NCBI GenBank assembly: GCA_023261845.1
Contig: JALNJZ010000008.1
Location: forward strand, 1-61,891
Source of the DNA: Candidatus Terraquivivens tengchongensis
GTDB lineage: Archaea; Thermoproteota; Nitrososphaeria_A; Caldarchaeales; Wolframiiraptoraceae
Direction: 5' to 3'
Length of the DNA stretch: 61,891 nucleotides
Below the pieces are notes generated by a model. The model did not search any database. It was not told the origin of the DNA and saw only the letters and a list, made by a program, of their open reading frames with translations. The translations under genes were made by a program, and so were the position numbers. Shown here in pieces: positions 11,830-21,567 of this stretch (within the stretch, counting starts at the first letter, position 1; each line of letters begins with the position of its first letter).

Positions 11830-12270
11830 ATGGTAGAGAATTTTGAACCGAATATAGTGGTTTTTGCATGCAACTGGTGCTCTTATGCTGGGATGGACCT
11901 AGCCGGAACTAGTCGAATACAATACCCCCATAACCTCAAAGTGATCAGAGTTATGTGTTCCGGCAGAATCAACCCAGCGTACATACTTGAGGCTTTCGCG
12001 AACGGTGCCGACGGTGTCCTTGTGACTGGTTGTCATCCTGGCGATTGCCACTATATATCTGGAAATTATAAAACCAGAAAGAGAATCATTCTACTGGAGA
12101 GGTTGCTTGAGCAGTTTGGTATTGAAAAAGAGAGGTTAAGGTTAGAATGGGTATCCGCATCAGAAGGGGAAAAGTTCGCCAACATCGCGAAAGAATTTGT
12201 CGAGCAAATAAGGAAGCTGGGGCCAAATCATATCGCAAAGGAATTAAGGAAGGAGGTGGCAGTAGTTTGA
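11830..12270 (+). CDS. mvhD: Methyl viologen-reducing hydrogenase delta subunit
   Basis: [31 protein letters not shown]; ATG 11830 follows GAGGTGA SD. Confidence 0.95.
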   Translation: MVENFEPNIVVFACNWCSYAGMDLAGTSRIQYPHNLKVIRVMCSGRINPAYILEAFANGADGVLVTGCHPGDCHYISGNYKTRKRIILLERLLEQFGIEKERLRLEWVSASEGEKFANIAKEFVEQIRKLGPNHIAKELRKEVAVV

Positions 12271-13244
12271 ATAAACCAAGGCTGGCCATAATACCTGGGG
12301 CAAACTGTGCCGGCTGCGACTATTCGCTCTTAGACTTAGGTGAAAAAGTCATAGAAGTTTTGATGGCTGTAGACATAGCTTACTGGCCGACCGCTGCCGA
12401 TCTAAAGTTGGAGGACCTAGAGAAGCTACCAGATGGTTCTATAGACCTTGTGCTCTTTGAGGGTGCCGTGAACAATGACGAGACGGAAGAAATGGCTAAA
12501 CTTGCAAGGAGGAAGGCAAAAAATCTCATAGCATTTGGAGCTTGTGCTTGTTTTGGTGGCATACCCGGTCTTGCAAACGTTGCCTCAAAGGACGGTATCC
12601 TCCGAAAAGCATACATAAAGAGTTTGAGCACAGTCAACCAGCAAGGAACGATACCTTGTAAGCTGACAAGGCTTGATGGCATTGAGCTAACAATACCAGA
12701 ATTTCTTGAGACTGTTAAGTCGCTTGATCAAGTAGTTAATGTGGATTATTACCTACCAGGCTGCCCACCACCACTCAAATTGGTAGCCGAGGCATTAACT
12801 GCCGCACTATCTGGAAAGCTACCACCAAAGGGCACGGTGTTCGGTTCGATGAAGTCCGTCTGTGACGATTGCAAGCGTATCCGTGAAGACAAGAAGATCA
12901 TGGAGATAAAACGCTACCACCAGCTCATCCCAGACCCTGAGAGGTGTCTTTTCGAGCAAGGCATAATATGTATGGGTCCTGCAACCAGAGGCGGTTGCGA
13001 TGCAGTGTGTCCTACGGCGAACGTTCCCTGTAGAGGTTGTATGGGACCGACACCAGGATCTCAAGATCAAGGTGCTAGGATGTTATCTGCCCTATCTTCT
13101 GTAATAGGGCTAGAGGTTGAAACGGGCGTTAGTGATGAAGAGGTTAGAAAGCTCATATTGCAGGTAAAGGATCCGTTAGGAACGTTTTACAGGTACAGTT
13201 TACCAAAATCAATAATGCGTAGGGTGTGGGGTGTTAGAGAATGA
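12267..13244 (+). CDS. mvhG: Group 3c [NiFe]-hydrogenase small subunit
   Basis: [32 protein letters not shown]; TTG at 12267 after GGAGGTG overlaps the mvhD stop. Confidence 0.94.
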   Translation: MNKPRLAIIPGANCAGCDYSLLDLGEKVIEVLMAVDIAYWPTAADLKLEDLEKLPDGSIDLVLFEGAVNNDETEEMAKLARRKAKNLIAFGACACFGGIPGLANVASKDGILRKAYIKSLSTVNQQGTIPCKLTRLDGIELTIPEFLETVKSLDQVVNVDYYLPGCPPPLKLVAEALTAALSGKLPPKGTVFGSMKSVCDDCKRIREDKKIMEIKRYHQLIPDPERCLFEQGIICMGPATRGGCDAVCPTANVPCRGCMGPTPGSQDQGARMLSALSSVIGLEVETGVSDEEVRKLILQVKDPLGTFYRYSLPKSIMRRVWGVRE

Positions 13245-14701
13245 AAAAGGTTGTAACGATTCAGCCCATAACTAGGCTTGAGGGGCACGGTAAGATTTCG
13301 ATATTTTTAGACGAAACTGGCAATGTTAAGGATGCTTACTACCAAGTAGTTGAGTTCAGGGGCTTCGAAAGGTTCTGCATAGGAAGATCTGTCGAGGAAA
13401 TGCCCATAATAACGCCAAGGATCTGCGGTGTTTGTCCATGGGCACACCACATGGCATCGGCGAAGGCCGTAGATGCTGTTTATGGGGCTGAGTTGCCAAA
13501 GACTGCCAAGAAAATACGGGAAATGGCCTACAATATATTCTACATACATGACCATTCAGCAGTATTCTATGCACTTTCTGCACCGGACTTCGTTGTTGGA
13601 CCCGATGCACCTAGAGCTGAAAGAAACATCCTCGGCCTTATCGGAAAGATTGGTCTAGAAACTGGGAAGAAAGTCATAAACGCTAGAATGGTGGCTACGA
13701 AGCTTTTGGAAAAACTTGCTGGGAGGGCAATAATACCGACTTGCGCTGTTCCAGGCGGTGTATCCAAACCTTTGACGGAAGACGACAGAAAAGAAATAGA
13801 AGAAGGTGCGAAGAAGCTTGTGGATTTCAGTCAGTTCACGCTGAAGATATTTGAAGATGTTGTTCTAAAGAATCAAAAATACCTTGACTTAATTATGGGC
13901 GACGTGTATAAGCATGAGACTTATTATATGGGTTTGGTCGACGAGAAGGGGCTGGTTAACTACTATGACGGAAAGGTCAGAGTTGTTGACCCGAAGGGAA
14001 GAATATACACAGAATTTCATCCAAAAGATTATCTAAATCATATAGGTGAACATGTGGAGACATGGACTTATCTTAAGTTCCCATACTTGAAGAGTTTAGG
14101 CTGGAAGGGGATAGTTGATGGTGAAACATCCGGCGTATATAGAGTAGGACCTCTTGGTAGACTCAACGTAGCTGACGGATTTGCAACACCGCTTGCGCAG
14201 GAAGCTTATGAAAAATTTAAAGAAATTTTGGGTAAGCCTGCTCATGCAACACTTGGATACCATTGGGCGAGGGTTATAGAAATACTTAATGCCGCTGAGA
14301 GGGTACTCGAGTTGAGCAAGGATCCAGACATAACCGGAAAGGACTTTAGAGTTCCTTTGACAAATACTCCAAGCGAAGGGGTCGGTATTGTTGAAGCACC
14401 AAGGGGCACACTTATACATCACTACAAGACGGATCAAAACGGCATATTGACCGACGTTAACCTGATAGTTGCAACGACACACAACAACGCTGGCATATGC
14501 ATGTCCGTAAAGAAGGCCTCGCAACAGCTTATAAGAGGTGGCAACGTAAACGATGGACTACTCAACATGATAGAGATGGCATTCAGAGCTTACGACCCGT
14601 GCTTAGCCTGTGGAACGCATGCGTTACCAGGTCAGATGCCGCTTGACGTATGTATATATGATGCAAACGGAAGACTCGTGGTCGAGATAAAGCGTCCTTG
14701 A
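13241..14701 (+). CDS. mvhA: Group 3c [NiFe]-hydrogenase large subunit
   Basis: TRLEGH, L1 RICGVC, L2 DPCLACGTH plus cleavable C-terminal tail. Confidence 0.96.
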   Translation: MKKVVTIQPITRLEGHGKISIFLDETGNVKDAYYQVVEFRGFERFCIGRSVEEMPIITPRICGVCPWAHHMASAKAVDAVYGAELPKTAKKIREMAYNIFYIHDHSAVFYALSAPDFVVGPDAPRAERNILGLIGKIGLETGKKVINARMVATKLLEKLAGRAIIPTCAVPGGVSKPLTEDDRKEIEEGAKKLVDFSQFTLKIFEDVVLKNQKYLDLIMGDVYKHETYYMGLVDEKGLVNYYDGKVRVVDPKGRIYTEFHPKDYLNHIGEHVETWTYLKFPYLKSLGWKGIVDGETSGVYRVGPLGRLNVADGFATPLAQEAYEKFKEILGKPAHATLGYHWARVIEILNAAERVLELSKDPDITGKDFRVPLTNTPSEGVGIVEAPRGTLIHHYKTDQNGILTDVNLIVATTHNNAGICMSVKKASQQLIRGGNVNDGLLNMIEMAFRAYDPCLACGTHALPGQMPLDVCIYDANGRLVVEIKRP

Positions 14702-15165
14702 AGAAGAAAGGGATAATCGTAATAGGGCTTGGTAATCCGATACTTGGTGACGATGCCGTAGGCCTAGTTGTCGCATCCGAGTTAAAGAGACGACTGGGCA
14801 ACCTTGTTAATATTGTTGAACTATGTGCTGGAGGTCTCACTGTGGCGGAGACCATGCTCGGTTACAGGAAGGCTATACTCGTGGATGCTTTGATTGAAGA
14901 GGGGGCCGTTCCTGGAAAAATCCTAAGGCTAACGTTCGAAGACTTAAAAGTAACACCTAAACGGTTCATCGGCTTTCATGATATGGACCTCGTAACTTCC
15001 ATCGAGCTCATTAAAGCTATAGAAAAAGAGTCTTTTCCAGATGAAATAGTGATTTTTGGGATAACTATTCAAAAACCGGGCTGCTACCAAGAGGGGTTAA
15101 GCGAGTGTGTAAAAACTGCCATACCAAAATGTGTTGAAATGATTGAAAAAGAATGCAGCCTTTGA
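14698..15165 (+). CDS. hyaD: Hydrogenase maturation endopeptidase
   Basis: GLGNPILGDDAVG, ILVDA and conserved His; follows mvhA. Confidence 0.92.
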   Translation: MKKKGIIVIGLGNPILGDDAVGLVVASELKRRLGNLVNIVELCAGGLTVAETMLGYRKAILVDALIEEGAVPGKILRLTFEDLKVTPKRFIGFHDMDLVTSIELIKAIEKESFPDEIVIFGITIQKPGCYQEGLSECVKTAIPKCVEMIEKECSL

Positions 15166-15189
15166 TTTTAACACCTGCAAAAATAACCA

Positions 15190-15214
15190 TTATTCATGAA
15201 TAACGCATGCATAA
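15190..15214. promoter_or_regulatory. Palindrome TTATTCATGAATAA and tandem CATG(A/C)ATAA; candidate operator
   Basis: Perfect 14-bp palindrome 15190-15203; same 9-mer recurs at 15206, 17351 and 21099 upstream of neighbouring operons. Confidence 0.4.
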
Positions 15215-15322
15215 CTTTATTATGACACAAATGCTGCTAACTTGTAAAGGCAAAAATTATTATATGAGTTATTAAGATATATACAAACTAGAACAAGTTA
15301 AGGCGACTATACGAAATAACGG

Positions 15323-16082
15323 GTGATGCGCTTGGATACAAGTTTAACATTATTGGTAAACTTTATCTTTGGAACACTACCATGGGTTACCTATACAGTA
15401 TTTTTGCTCGGCATTTCTTTGAAGCTATACACGTGGTTCTCAACGGCGCCATATCATAAGATCCAAAACATCGATTTCTGCAGGGTCCGTAGGGCTTATG
15501 ATAGGACAGTTTATATATTTGCTACTGTTTCAGGGTCGTTTCATAAAACCCAACATTAAATCTTTTGCACTCTGGCTTATGTCTTTCTCTGCACATATTT
15601 CGTTGTTTTTGATATTATTTGGACATCTGAGGCCTATCGGGGTCTGGTCAGCATCATGGTTTGCATGGATAGCATCCGAGCAATTTTTGACGAGGGATTT
15701 GCCATTTTATCTCGGCTGGGTCGTGCTCGGCGGTTTTAGTCTGCTGTTGGTGAGGAGGGTAGTCGATAGGTCAGTGAGAAGCATATCCGGCTTTGATGAT
15801 TACTTTTTACTTGTCATTTTGATCATAGTATTTCTCGCTGGAAACATGATGCGTGTATCTCCTTACATTCATGAACCCTTTGCACTTGAAATATCACCGG
15901 GCATAGTGATGCAACTTAAGGAAACACCATCGTTAATTTGGCTTGCCGTGCATGGAATTGCGGCTCAGATTCTGATAATGTATATGCCGTTCAGTAAGCT
16001 GTTTCATATAATAGCATCACCCTTTACAGTTCTCGCTTACAGCATTAGGCATGGTAGGCTTTACGGAGGTATGAAAACATGA
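15323..16082 (+). pseudogene. NarI/DsrM/HmeC-like membrane b-type cytochrome, split by a frameshift near 15452
   Basis: ORF 15323 encodes TM1 (FIFGTLPWVTYTVFLLGISLKLYTW); the +1 frame continues to SAH..FGH and AVH..PFSKLFH, four candidate heme ligands. Confidence 0.75.
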
Positions 16083-17296
16083 AGCTAGAGATGCTTAGAG
16101 AAGTATCACCGTTTACCATGCTGCAACTCGAGACGTGTGTAAGGTGTGCTCACTGCGCAGAATACTGCCCAGCATATGACGTTCTAAAAAAGCCGCAGAC
16201 AATGCCAGGCGGCAGGGTTTCAGTTATGCTTAAGATGATAAAGGGTGGTGCAAGTTCATGGTTTACGTTTTATCGATTAAGAGCAGGTAAGTTGAATGAA
16301 ATTGAGAATCACATTAAAAGCGTTTACGAATGCGCCCTTTGTGGTAGATGTATGGCCGTATGTCCGTTCGGAATACAAACGGACAAACTTTGGGAACTAT
16401 TTAGAAAGATCGTTTATAACTTCAATAAACACCCGCCCGTACTTAAGGAAGTTGACAAGTTCATACTTAGCACATACAATGCCTACGGTGTAGGAAACGA
16501 TGCGAGGGCGATGTGGGTTGATTACTTAGGCCTTGATAACGTTAAGATAAACGAACCTTCTGACATTGTGTATTTTGTAGGATGTACATCTTCGTTTAAG
16601 GCCGTCGCACAAGACATAGCATATGCCACATCTCTGACCTTAAACCATGCAGGGGTAAGCTGGACGCTCCTTGGTGAGGATGAGTGGTGCTGTGGCGCTC
16701 CACTACTCATGATAGGAGATGAAGAAGGTGCTAAGAAGATGGCTGAGCACAACGTCAGGGCGATAGAGAACTTAGGTGCGAGGTTGGTAGTATCAGCATG
16801 TCCAGGATGCGCGAGGGTCATTAAGCAAAAGTATCCTTCATTAATAGGCAGGGCCCTAAGGTTTAACGTCATGCATCTCATGGAATTGCTTGACCTATAC
16901 ATCAGAAAGGAGCGCATATCCCTCAAAGGAATAGAAAGAGACAGCACCCTCGTAACCTACCACGACCCATGTGAGCTTGCAAGGCTCAGCGGTGTGATAG
17001 ACGAACCAAGACGTGTGATCAATACTGTAACAACTTCCTTCAAGGAGATGCCCGAGAACAGGAGAGATGTGCGTTGCTGTGGAGGCGGAGGCATCCTCCA
17101 AGCAGTGAATGATGAGCTAAGGCTAAACATAGCCGAAAAGAGAGTGAAACAAGCCAAGGCTCTTGAGGTTGAAATCCTTACCTCTGCGTGTCCAGCTTGC
17201 AAAATAACGCTAATGGACGGGACAAAAAAGGTCGGCGCAAAGATACAGGTTTTAGACGTAGTAGAGCTGTTTGCTAGACGGCTCGGTTTGATGTAA
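16079..17296 (+). CDS. HdrD/GlcF-like Fe-S oxidoreductase (2x[4Fe-4S] + 2 CCG domains), copy 1
   Basis: CVRCAHCAEYCP, CALCGRCMAVCP, FVGC/WCCG/CPGC, HDPC/RCCG/CPAC. Confidence 0.9.
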   Translation: MKLEMLREVSPFTMLQLETCVRCAHCAEYCPAYDVLKKPQTMPGGRVSVMLKMIKGGASSWFTFYRLRAGKLNEIENHIKSVYECALCGRCMAVCPFGIQTDKLWELFRKIVYNFNKHPPVLKEVDKFILSTYNAYGVGNDARAMWVDYLGLDNVKINEPSDIVYFVGCTSSFKAVAQDIAYATSLTLNHAGVSWTLLGEDEWCCGAPLLMIGDEEGAKKMAEHNVRAIENLGARLVVSACPGCARVIKQKYPSLIGRALRFNVMHLMELLDLYIRKERISLKGIERDSTLVTYHDPCELARLSGVIDEPRRVINTVTTSFKEMPENRRDVRCCGGGGILQAVNDELRLNIAEKRVKQAKALEVEILTSACPACKITLMDGTKKVGAKIQVLDVVELFARRLGLM

Positions 17297-17437
17297 GTCT
17301 TCAAAACATTTATTTGGGGTACTTATATCCACCTGTTAAACTGATATATACATGCATAAATCAGCATAACATGCTAAGTCTTTATACGACGTAGGTTATA
17401 CCTCGCTATATTATTATAACCTTTGAGGTGAGCAGAC

Positions 17438-17806
17438 ATGTCAGAGAAAAGCATACTTAAGGAACAGCTGTTAACATACGACCATTTCTGGATCAAGGTT
17501 GAGCATAATTCTCCGACAGCACTAGTGAAGATAGGCCTGAAAGAGGATGTCATCAAGACGATAGGGCAGATAGATGCCTTCAGAGCCTTACCAAAAGGCA
17601 GATGTGTTAACAGAGGATACCCGTTCGGGTCGATAGAACATGGAAGAAAGATACTCATACTGCGTAGTCCCATCACGGGTTCGATAGTCGAAGTAAACGA
17701 AGAGGTCATTAAAAACCCGCAGCTGATAAACGAGGACCCTTACGGTAAAGGTTGGATAGCCATTCTGAAACCGAGCAATGTTGAAGAATTAGATGCATTA
17801 CTCTGA
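17438..17806 (+). CDS. GcvH-like protein lacking canonical lipoyl Lys
   Basis: H-protein motifs (SPITGSIVEVN, NEDPYGKGWI); GSIEHGRK at the ESxK position. Confidence 0.85.
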   Translation: MSEKSILKEQLLTYDHFWIKVEHNSPTALVKIGLKEDVIKTIGQIDAFRALPKGRCVNRGYPFGSIEHGRKILILRSPITGSIVEVNEEVIKNPQLINEDPYGKGWIAILKPSNVEELDALL

Positions 17807-17841
17807 AGACAAGACGAAGATGCCCCTACGGTGGGGAACAT

Positions 17842-18687
17842 ATGGTACCGGATGCAATATTTTTTGCATCAACATTCTTTCTAATCGGAACGATTTCCTT
17901 AATCGTCGGAGCTCTATGGAATATCAGAATATGGTTTCTCGGAACAGAAAACGCTATCGGGACAATTAAGAAGGCATTGTTAACTATCCTAACACCTCGT
18001 TCCTTAGCGGCCATTATCAAAGCATTCTTAGTTAAGGTCTTCGGTCAGTACAGACTCTACAAGTATGAACGACTGAGAGGGCTGGAAAAAGCGTCCTTTG
18101 TTTCTTTTTACGTTTTGTTAATACTTTCGAACCACATAGCCGCGGATATAGCAACAGGTGTTTCGAACGTTCAAGAACTTATGGTAGAATTTTTTAGGTC
18201 ACCTTTCTTTCCTGGCTACATATTCCATGAGTTAGGTACCGAGCTACCATTAATTTGGGCATCCTTCCTTCTGATTGACAATCTCTCGATGTTCATTGTG
18301 TTGTTCTTCGCCGAGGGGCTTGCGATATATAGAAGGTTTGTCAAGAAGAAGTTTATGTTTGGCACGAAAGAAGACGCCGTTGGTCTTTTCATGCCCGTGA
18401 TATGGTTCCTCTTTAGGTACATGGCTGAGGCTGCAACGATCGTGAAATTTGGCTTTCCAGATTCGGGTAAGTTCATGTTCGTAGCTTACGGCATAGCCCA
18501 ACTCATGGCAGGTCTAAGCCCTACACAAATCGAGTTGCTCTACAATGTTCTCTGGCCAACTTCTGGATTCTTCCTTGGCGTTTTTGTGGGCGCCATACCT
18601 CACTCGGGCAGGCTCTGGCATGCATTCGCCGGTCCTATGGCCATGTTGGTTAACTCTATACCTAAAACTGTAAGGAGTGTGAAGTAG
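17842..18687 (+). CDS. NarI/HdrE-like integral membrane subunit, divergent
   Basis: About 5 TM helices, YRRF, AEAA and C-terminal IPHSGRLWHAFAGP (cf. PxSKLxH); precedes an HdrD-like gene. Confidence 0.7.
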   Translation: MVPDAIFFASTFFLIGTISLIVGALWNIRIWFLGTENAIGTIKKALLTILTPRSLAAIIKAFLVKVFGQYRLYKYERLRGLEKASFVSFYVLLILSNHIAADIATGVSNVQELMVEFFRSPFFPGYIFHELGTELPLIWASFLLIDNLSMFIVLFFAEGLAIYRRFVKKKFMFGTKEDAVGLFMPVIWFLFRYMAEAATIVKFGFPDSGKFMFVAYGIAQLMAGLSPTQIELLYNVLWPTSGFFLGVFVGAIPHSGRLWHAFAGPMAMLVNSIPKTVRSVK

Positions 18688-18690
18688 GAC

Positions 18691-19926
18691 ATGACAAAAA
18701 CTAGAAGTTTGCCGTTAAGCGTTAAGCAGATGATCGAGCTTGATGGCTGCGTTAGGTGCGAGATATGTAGGGAAGAGTGCTCGTTATACAGGCTCTTGAA
18801 TTCTAATCCACATCCATTAGATTTTCCCACCAGTTGCGGTGGGCTGATCAGACGATTTAGGTCTTTGGTTCGTAAAGACCATAGCCTGAAGGCCAAGCTT
18901 TTTGGATTAAAGTCTCCCTCAGACGAAGAGATATGGGAGCTGGCCGATGCTCTCTTCCTAAACTGTTCGCTATGTGGCAGGCGTAGCGTGTTCTGCCCAA
19001 TCGGTATAGAGACTCCAGCGCTCATAACATCCATGAGGGAATACTTCGTGGATGTTTTTAGTAACTTCCATTGTGCTGTTGAATTCTTGAATAACCTCCA
19101 TCGTATGATTAACGAGACAAAGAACGTATTTGGTGTCGATAACTCCGCAAGAACCAACTGGTCGCTATACACGGGAGTAGATGTTAATGTTAAAGACAGC
19201 GCTAACGTCGTGTATTTTGTTGGTTGTATCTCATCCTATCAGGGTAGGGCGCAGGACATATCTGCAGCCATAACTTCAATACTGAACTATGTGGGTGAGG
19301 ACTGGACACTTTTGAAGGACGAGACTTGCTGTGGTCATCCGCTCGCGGTGAGTGGTGGGATTAGAAAGGCTGTAAATTTGATAAGACATAATCTAAAGCA
19401 GTTAGCATCTATCGGTGCTAAGACTGTCGTTACGGGTTGTCCAGGTTGTTACCTTGCCATAAAACATGAATGGCCAAAGCTACTAGGTCACGAGTTTGAC
19501 TTTGAAGTACTCCATTTTACTGAACTGCTCAGCAGGTACATGGCTGACGGTAAATTAAAGGTACCGACCCTAGAAGCTAGAGTTACGTACCACGATCCCT
19601 GTGAGTTAGGCAGGCTTGGAGGAGTTATTGAAGAACCTAGGAAGGTCATTAAGCAAATAACCCAAGAGTTTATTGAACCATATGGTCACGGTATAGAAGG
19701 CATATGCTGTGGTTCTGGCGGTATGCTGAAAGCATTGAACCCAGAACTTTCAATGCGGCTTGCCATTCAAAGGTTGAAGATTTTGAAGGACACAGGGTCC
19801 GAGTACATACTATCAGCATGTCCAACGTGTATACAAGCCTTTACATCCGTCGCATCAAAAATTGATGAAAAGCTTAAGATATTAGACATAAGTCAGTTGA
19901 TTGCCAAGCAGAATAACATGTTATAA
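18691..19926 (+). CDS. HdrD/GlcF-like Fe-S oxidoreductase, copy 2
   Basis: CVRCEICREEC, CSLCGRRSVFCP and two complete CCG domains. Confidence 0.9.
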   Translation: MTKTRSLPLSVKQMIELDGCVRCEICREECSLYRLLNSNPHPLDFPTSCGGLIRRFRSLVRKDHSLKAKLFGLKSPSDEEIWELADALFLNCSLCGRRSVFCPIGIETPALITSMREYFVDVFSNFHCAVEFLNNLHRMINETKNVFGVDNSARTNWSLYTGVDVNVKDSANVVYFVGCISSYQGRAQDISAAITSILNYVGEDWTLLKDETCCGHPLAVSGGIRKAVNLIRHNLKQLASIGAKTVVTGCPGCYLAIKHEWPKLLGHEFDFEVLHFTELLSRYMADGKLKVPTLEARVTYHDPCELGRLGGVIEEPRKVIKQITQEFIEPYGHGIEGICCGSGGMLKALNPELSMRLAIQRLKILKDTGSEYILSACPTCIQAFTSVASKIDEKLKILDISQLIAKQNNML

Positions 19927-19928
19927 AT

Positions 19929-21020
19929 TTAACTTTTGCCTGAGTCCCCAGGAGGACGTTCAATAGTAACGAATTTTCCAGATTCCTCTAGCGATCTGTT
20001 TATCGCTACTTCTGCAATCTGACGATAACATACACTAATTTCCTTAAGAGAACATATTATTCGAAAGAGACAGTGTCTGAATGATTTACTATTGCTGGCT
20101 AACTTTTCACCACTTCCTATCTTCTCTTCAACCAAATCATTGATTTGAGTTATTGTCTTATTTGCCAGCAAAAGATCCCTTAATAATAAAGAGTCTATTG
20201 CATTTTGAGATGCATGTTTCAGCATTGCGCAAAAATCGGTGCACCAATCTATGATACGCTTCTCAATCCCGCATCCGTTCGTGAATATTTCGTATGTTGA
20301 AAGAGTAATTGATTCGCACAAGTTGACAGCCCTCTTAAGCAAAAGTAAGACCAGCCTGTTTCCAAGCAGCCATAGAGTTGACTTTATCCCAAGGGCCTCC
20401 CGTACACTTGGGTCGTTGATTGCTCTTATAAGCTGCCTTACCGTTAACCAATAAAGTCTATCACATTCTTCGCCTATGCTCATAATACGCTTAACCATGT
20501 CTTGGTTACCACTTGACAGCATGTTTACAACATTGTCAAGCATATCCACTACAAGGCTATGAAACCTCCTGATGGAGCTGTCCATGGACGGCCTAACGGG
20601 ATTTGAGAGATTCTGAATAATTATGATGTTTTCAGAACTATCTGTAATGTGGATTCCAATGAGTTTCCTTGTTATCGCATTAATTTCCTCAATCTGTTTC
20701 TGCGTGAACGGTCTTCTGGATTGTAGCCAAATCGTATCATGACCAGCTATATATGCTCCTATCAAAACTCTAGTGATAGAATTGGGCTCTACGCATGCGT
20801 CCATATTTATTATGCAAACCGGTGGTCCAACGACCCCTTCCCGCTCAACTTTGCTTAACTCCAACGAATCACCAGTCTGTCTTACAGCTAAGTAATCATT
20901 CTCCTTTATCCCAACGGCATCGGTCCAAGCTTTTGGTAGCGTGATACATAATGCTGACCGGCCAAGTTTCATTACCTTTCTTAACGTGCGGTTATGCAGG
21001 TGGCTATTTTGCGTGCTCAA
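19929..21020 (-). CDS. AbrB-PhoU type archaeal regulator, copy 1
   Basis: RKVMKLGRSALCITLPKAW AbrB N-terminus, GAYIAGHD and PhoU-like helical repeats. Confidence 0.85.
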   Translation of the reverse strand: MSTQNSHLHNRTLRKVMKLGRSALCITLPKAWTDAVGIKENDYLAVRQTGDSLELSKVEREGVVGPPVCIINMDACVEPNSITRVLIGAYIAGHDTIWLQSRRPFTQKQIEEINAITRKLIGIHITDSSENIIIIQNLSNPVRPSMDSSIRRFHSLVVDMLDNVVNMLSSGNQDMVKRIMSIGEECDRLYWLTVRQLIRAINDPSVREALGIKSTLWLLGNRLVLLLLKRAVNLCESITLSTYEIFTNGCGIEKRIIDWCTDFCAMLKHASQNAIDSLLLRDLLLANKTITQINDLVEEKIGSGEKLASNSKSFRHCLFRIICSLKEISVCYRQIAEVAINRSLEESGKFVTIERPPGDSGKS

Positions 21021-21150
21021 TTCTATAAAAAGGGGTTACGTCTAGCTATTTATGTATAACGTATACGTAACATTTGTCTAACATATGAAACAATACGTCA
21101 TGAATAATATCGCATTATGAATAAAACATGTTTGGAGGTGGTATTAGTAG

Positions 21151-21552
21151 ATGGCAATATCCGTTTCTGCATTCGTAGGAAAAACGTTTGTATCAAAAGT
21201 TACTCAGGGGATGTGGGCTAGGCTTGAGCAAACAGAGGATGGTTCTGAAATAGTTGTACGCGTTGGTCTTGTGAGAGATGTTGTAGAGTTCGTAGGCACG
21301 ATAGAGTTCGTTAGGGTTCTTCCGAGGGGCCGTCTGGTTACTAGAGGGCATCCTTTCGGCTCCGTCGAGCATGGTATGCGCGTGATGCTTCTAAGAAGCC
21401 CAGTATCCGGATGGATAGTCGAGGTTAACGAGAAACTGAGGGAGAAGCCTGAACTCATAAACGAGGACCCCTATGGTGAAGGCTGGATCGCCGTGTTTAG
21501 ACCAATTAATTATGAAGAGGATATAAAGTACTTTAGCGAATTGACGAAATAG
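21151..21552 (+). CDS. GcvH-like protein lacking lipoyl Lys
   Basis: SPVSGWIVEVN, NEDPYGEGWI; GSVEHGMR at the ESxK position; GGAGGTG SD. Confidence 0.85.
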   Translation: MAISVSAFVGKTFVSKVTQGMWARLEQTEDGSEIVVRVGLVRDVVEFVGTIEFVRVLPRGRLVTRGHPFGSVEHGMRVMLLRSPVSGWIVEVNEKLREKPELINEDPYGEGWIAVFRPINYEEDIKYFSELTK

Positions 21553-21567
21553 ACTGTCCGAACTACT

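Noticed and set aside
8443-14701. Evidence of methanogenesis or of a bacterial-type sHdr cluster
   Set aside because: No mcr/mtr genes here; order is single hdrCBA plus mvhDGA rather than sHdr C1B1AHC2B2, and no tusA/dsrE seen
9845-14701. Selenocysteine recoding in hdrA/mvhD/mvhA
   Set aside because: ORFs are uninterrupted and all motif positions are Cys
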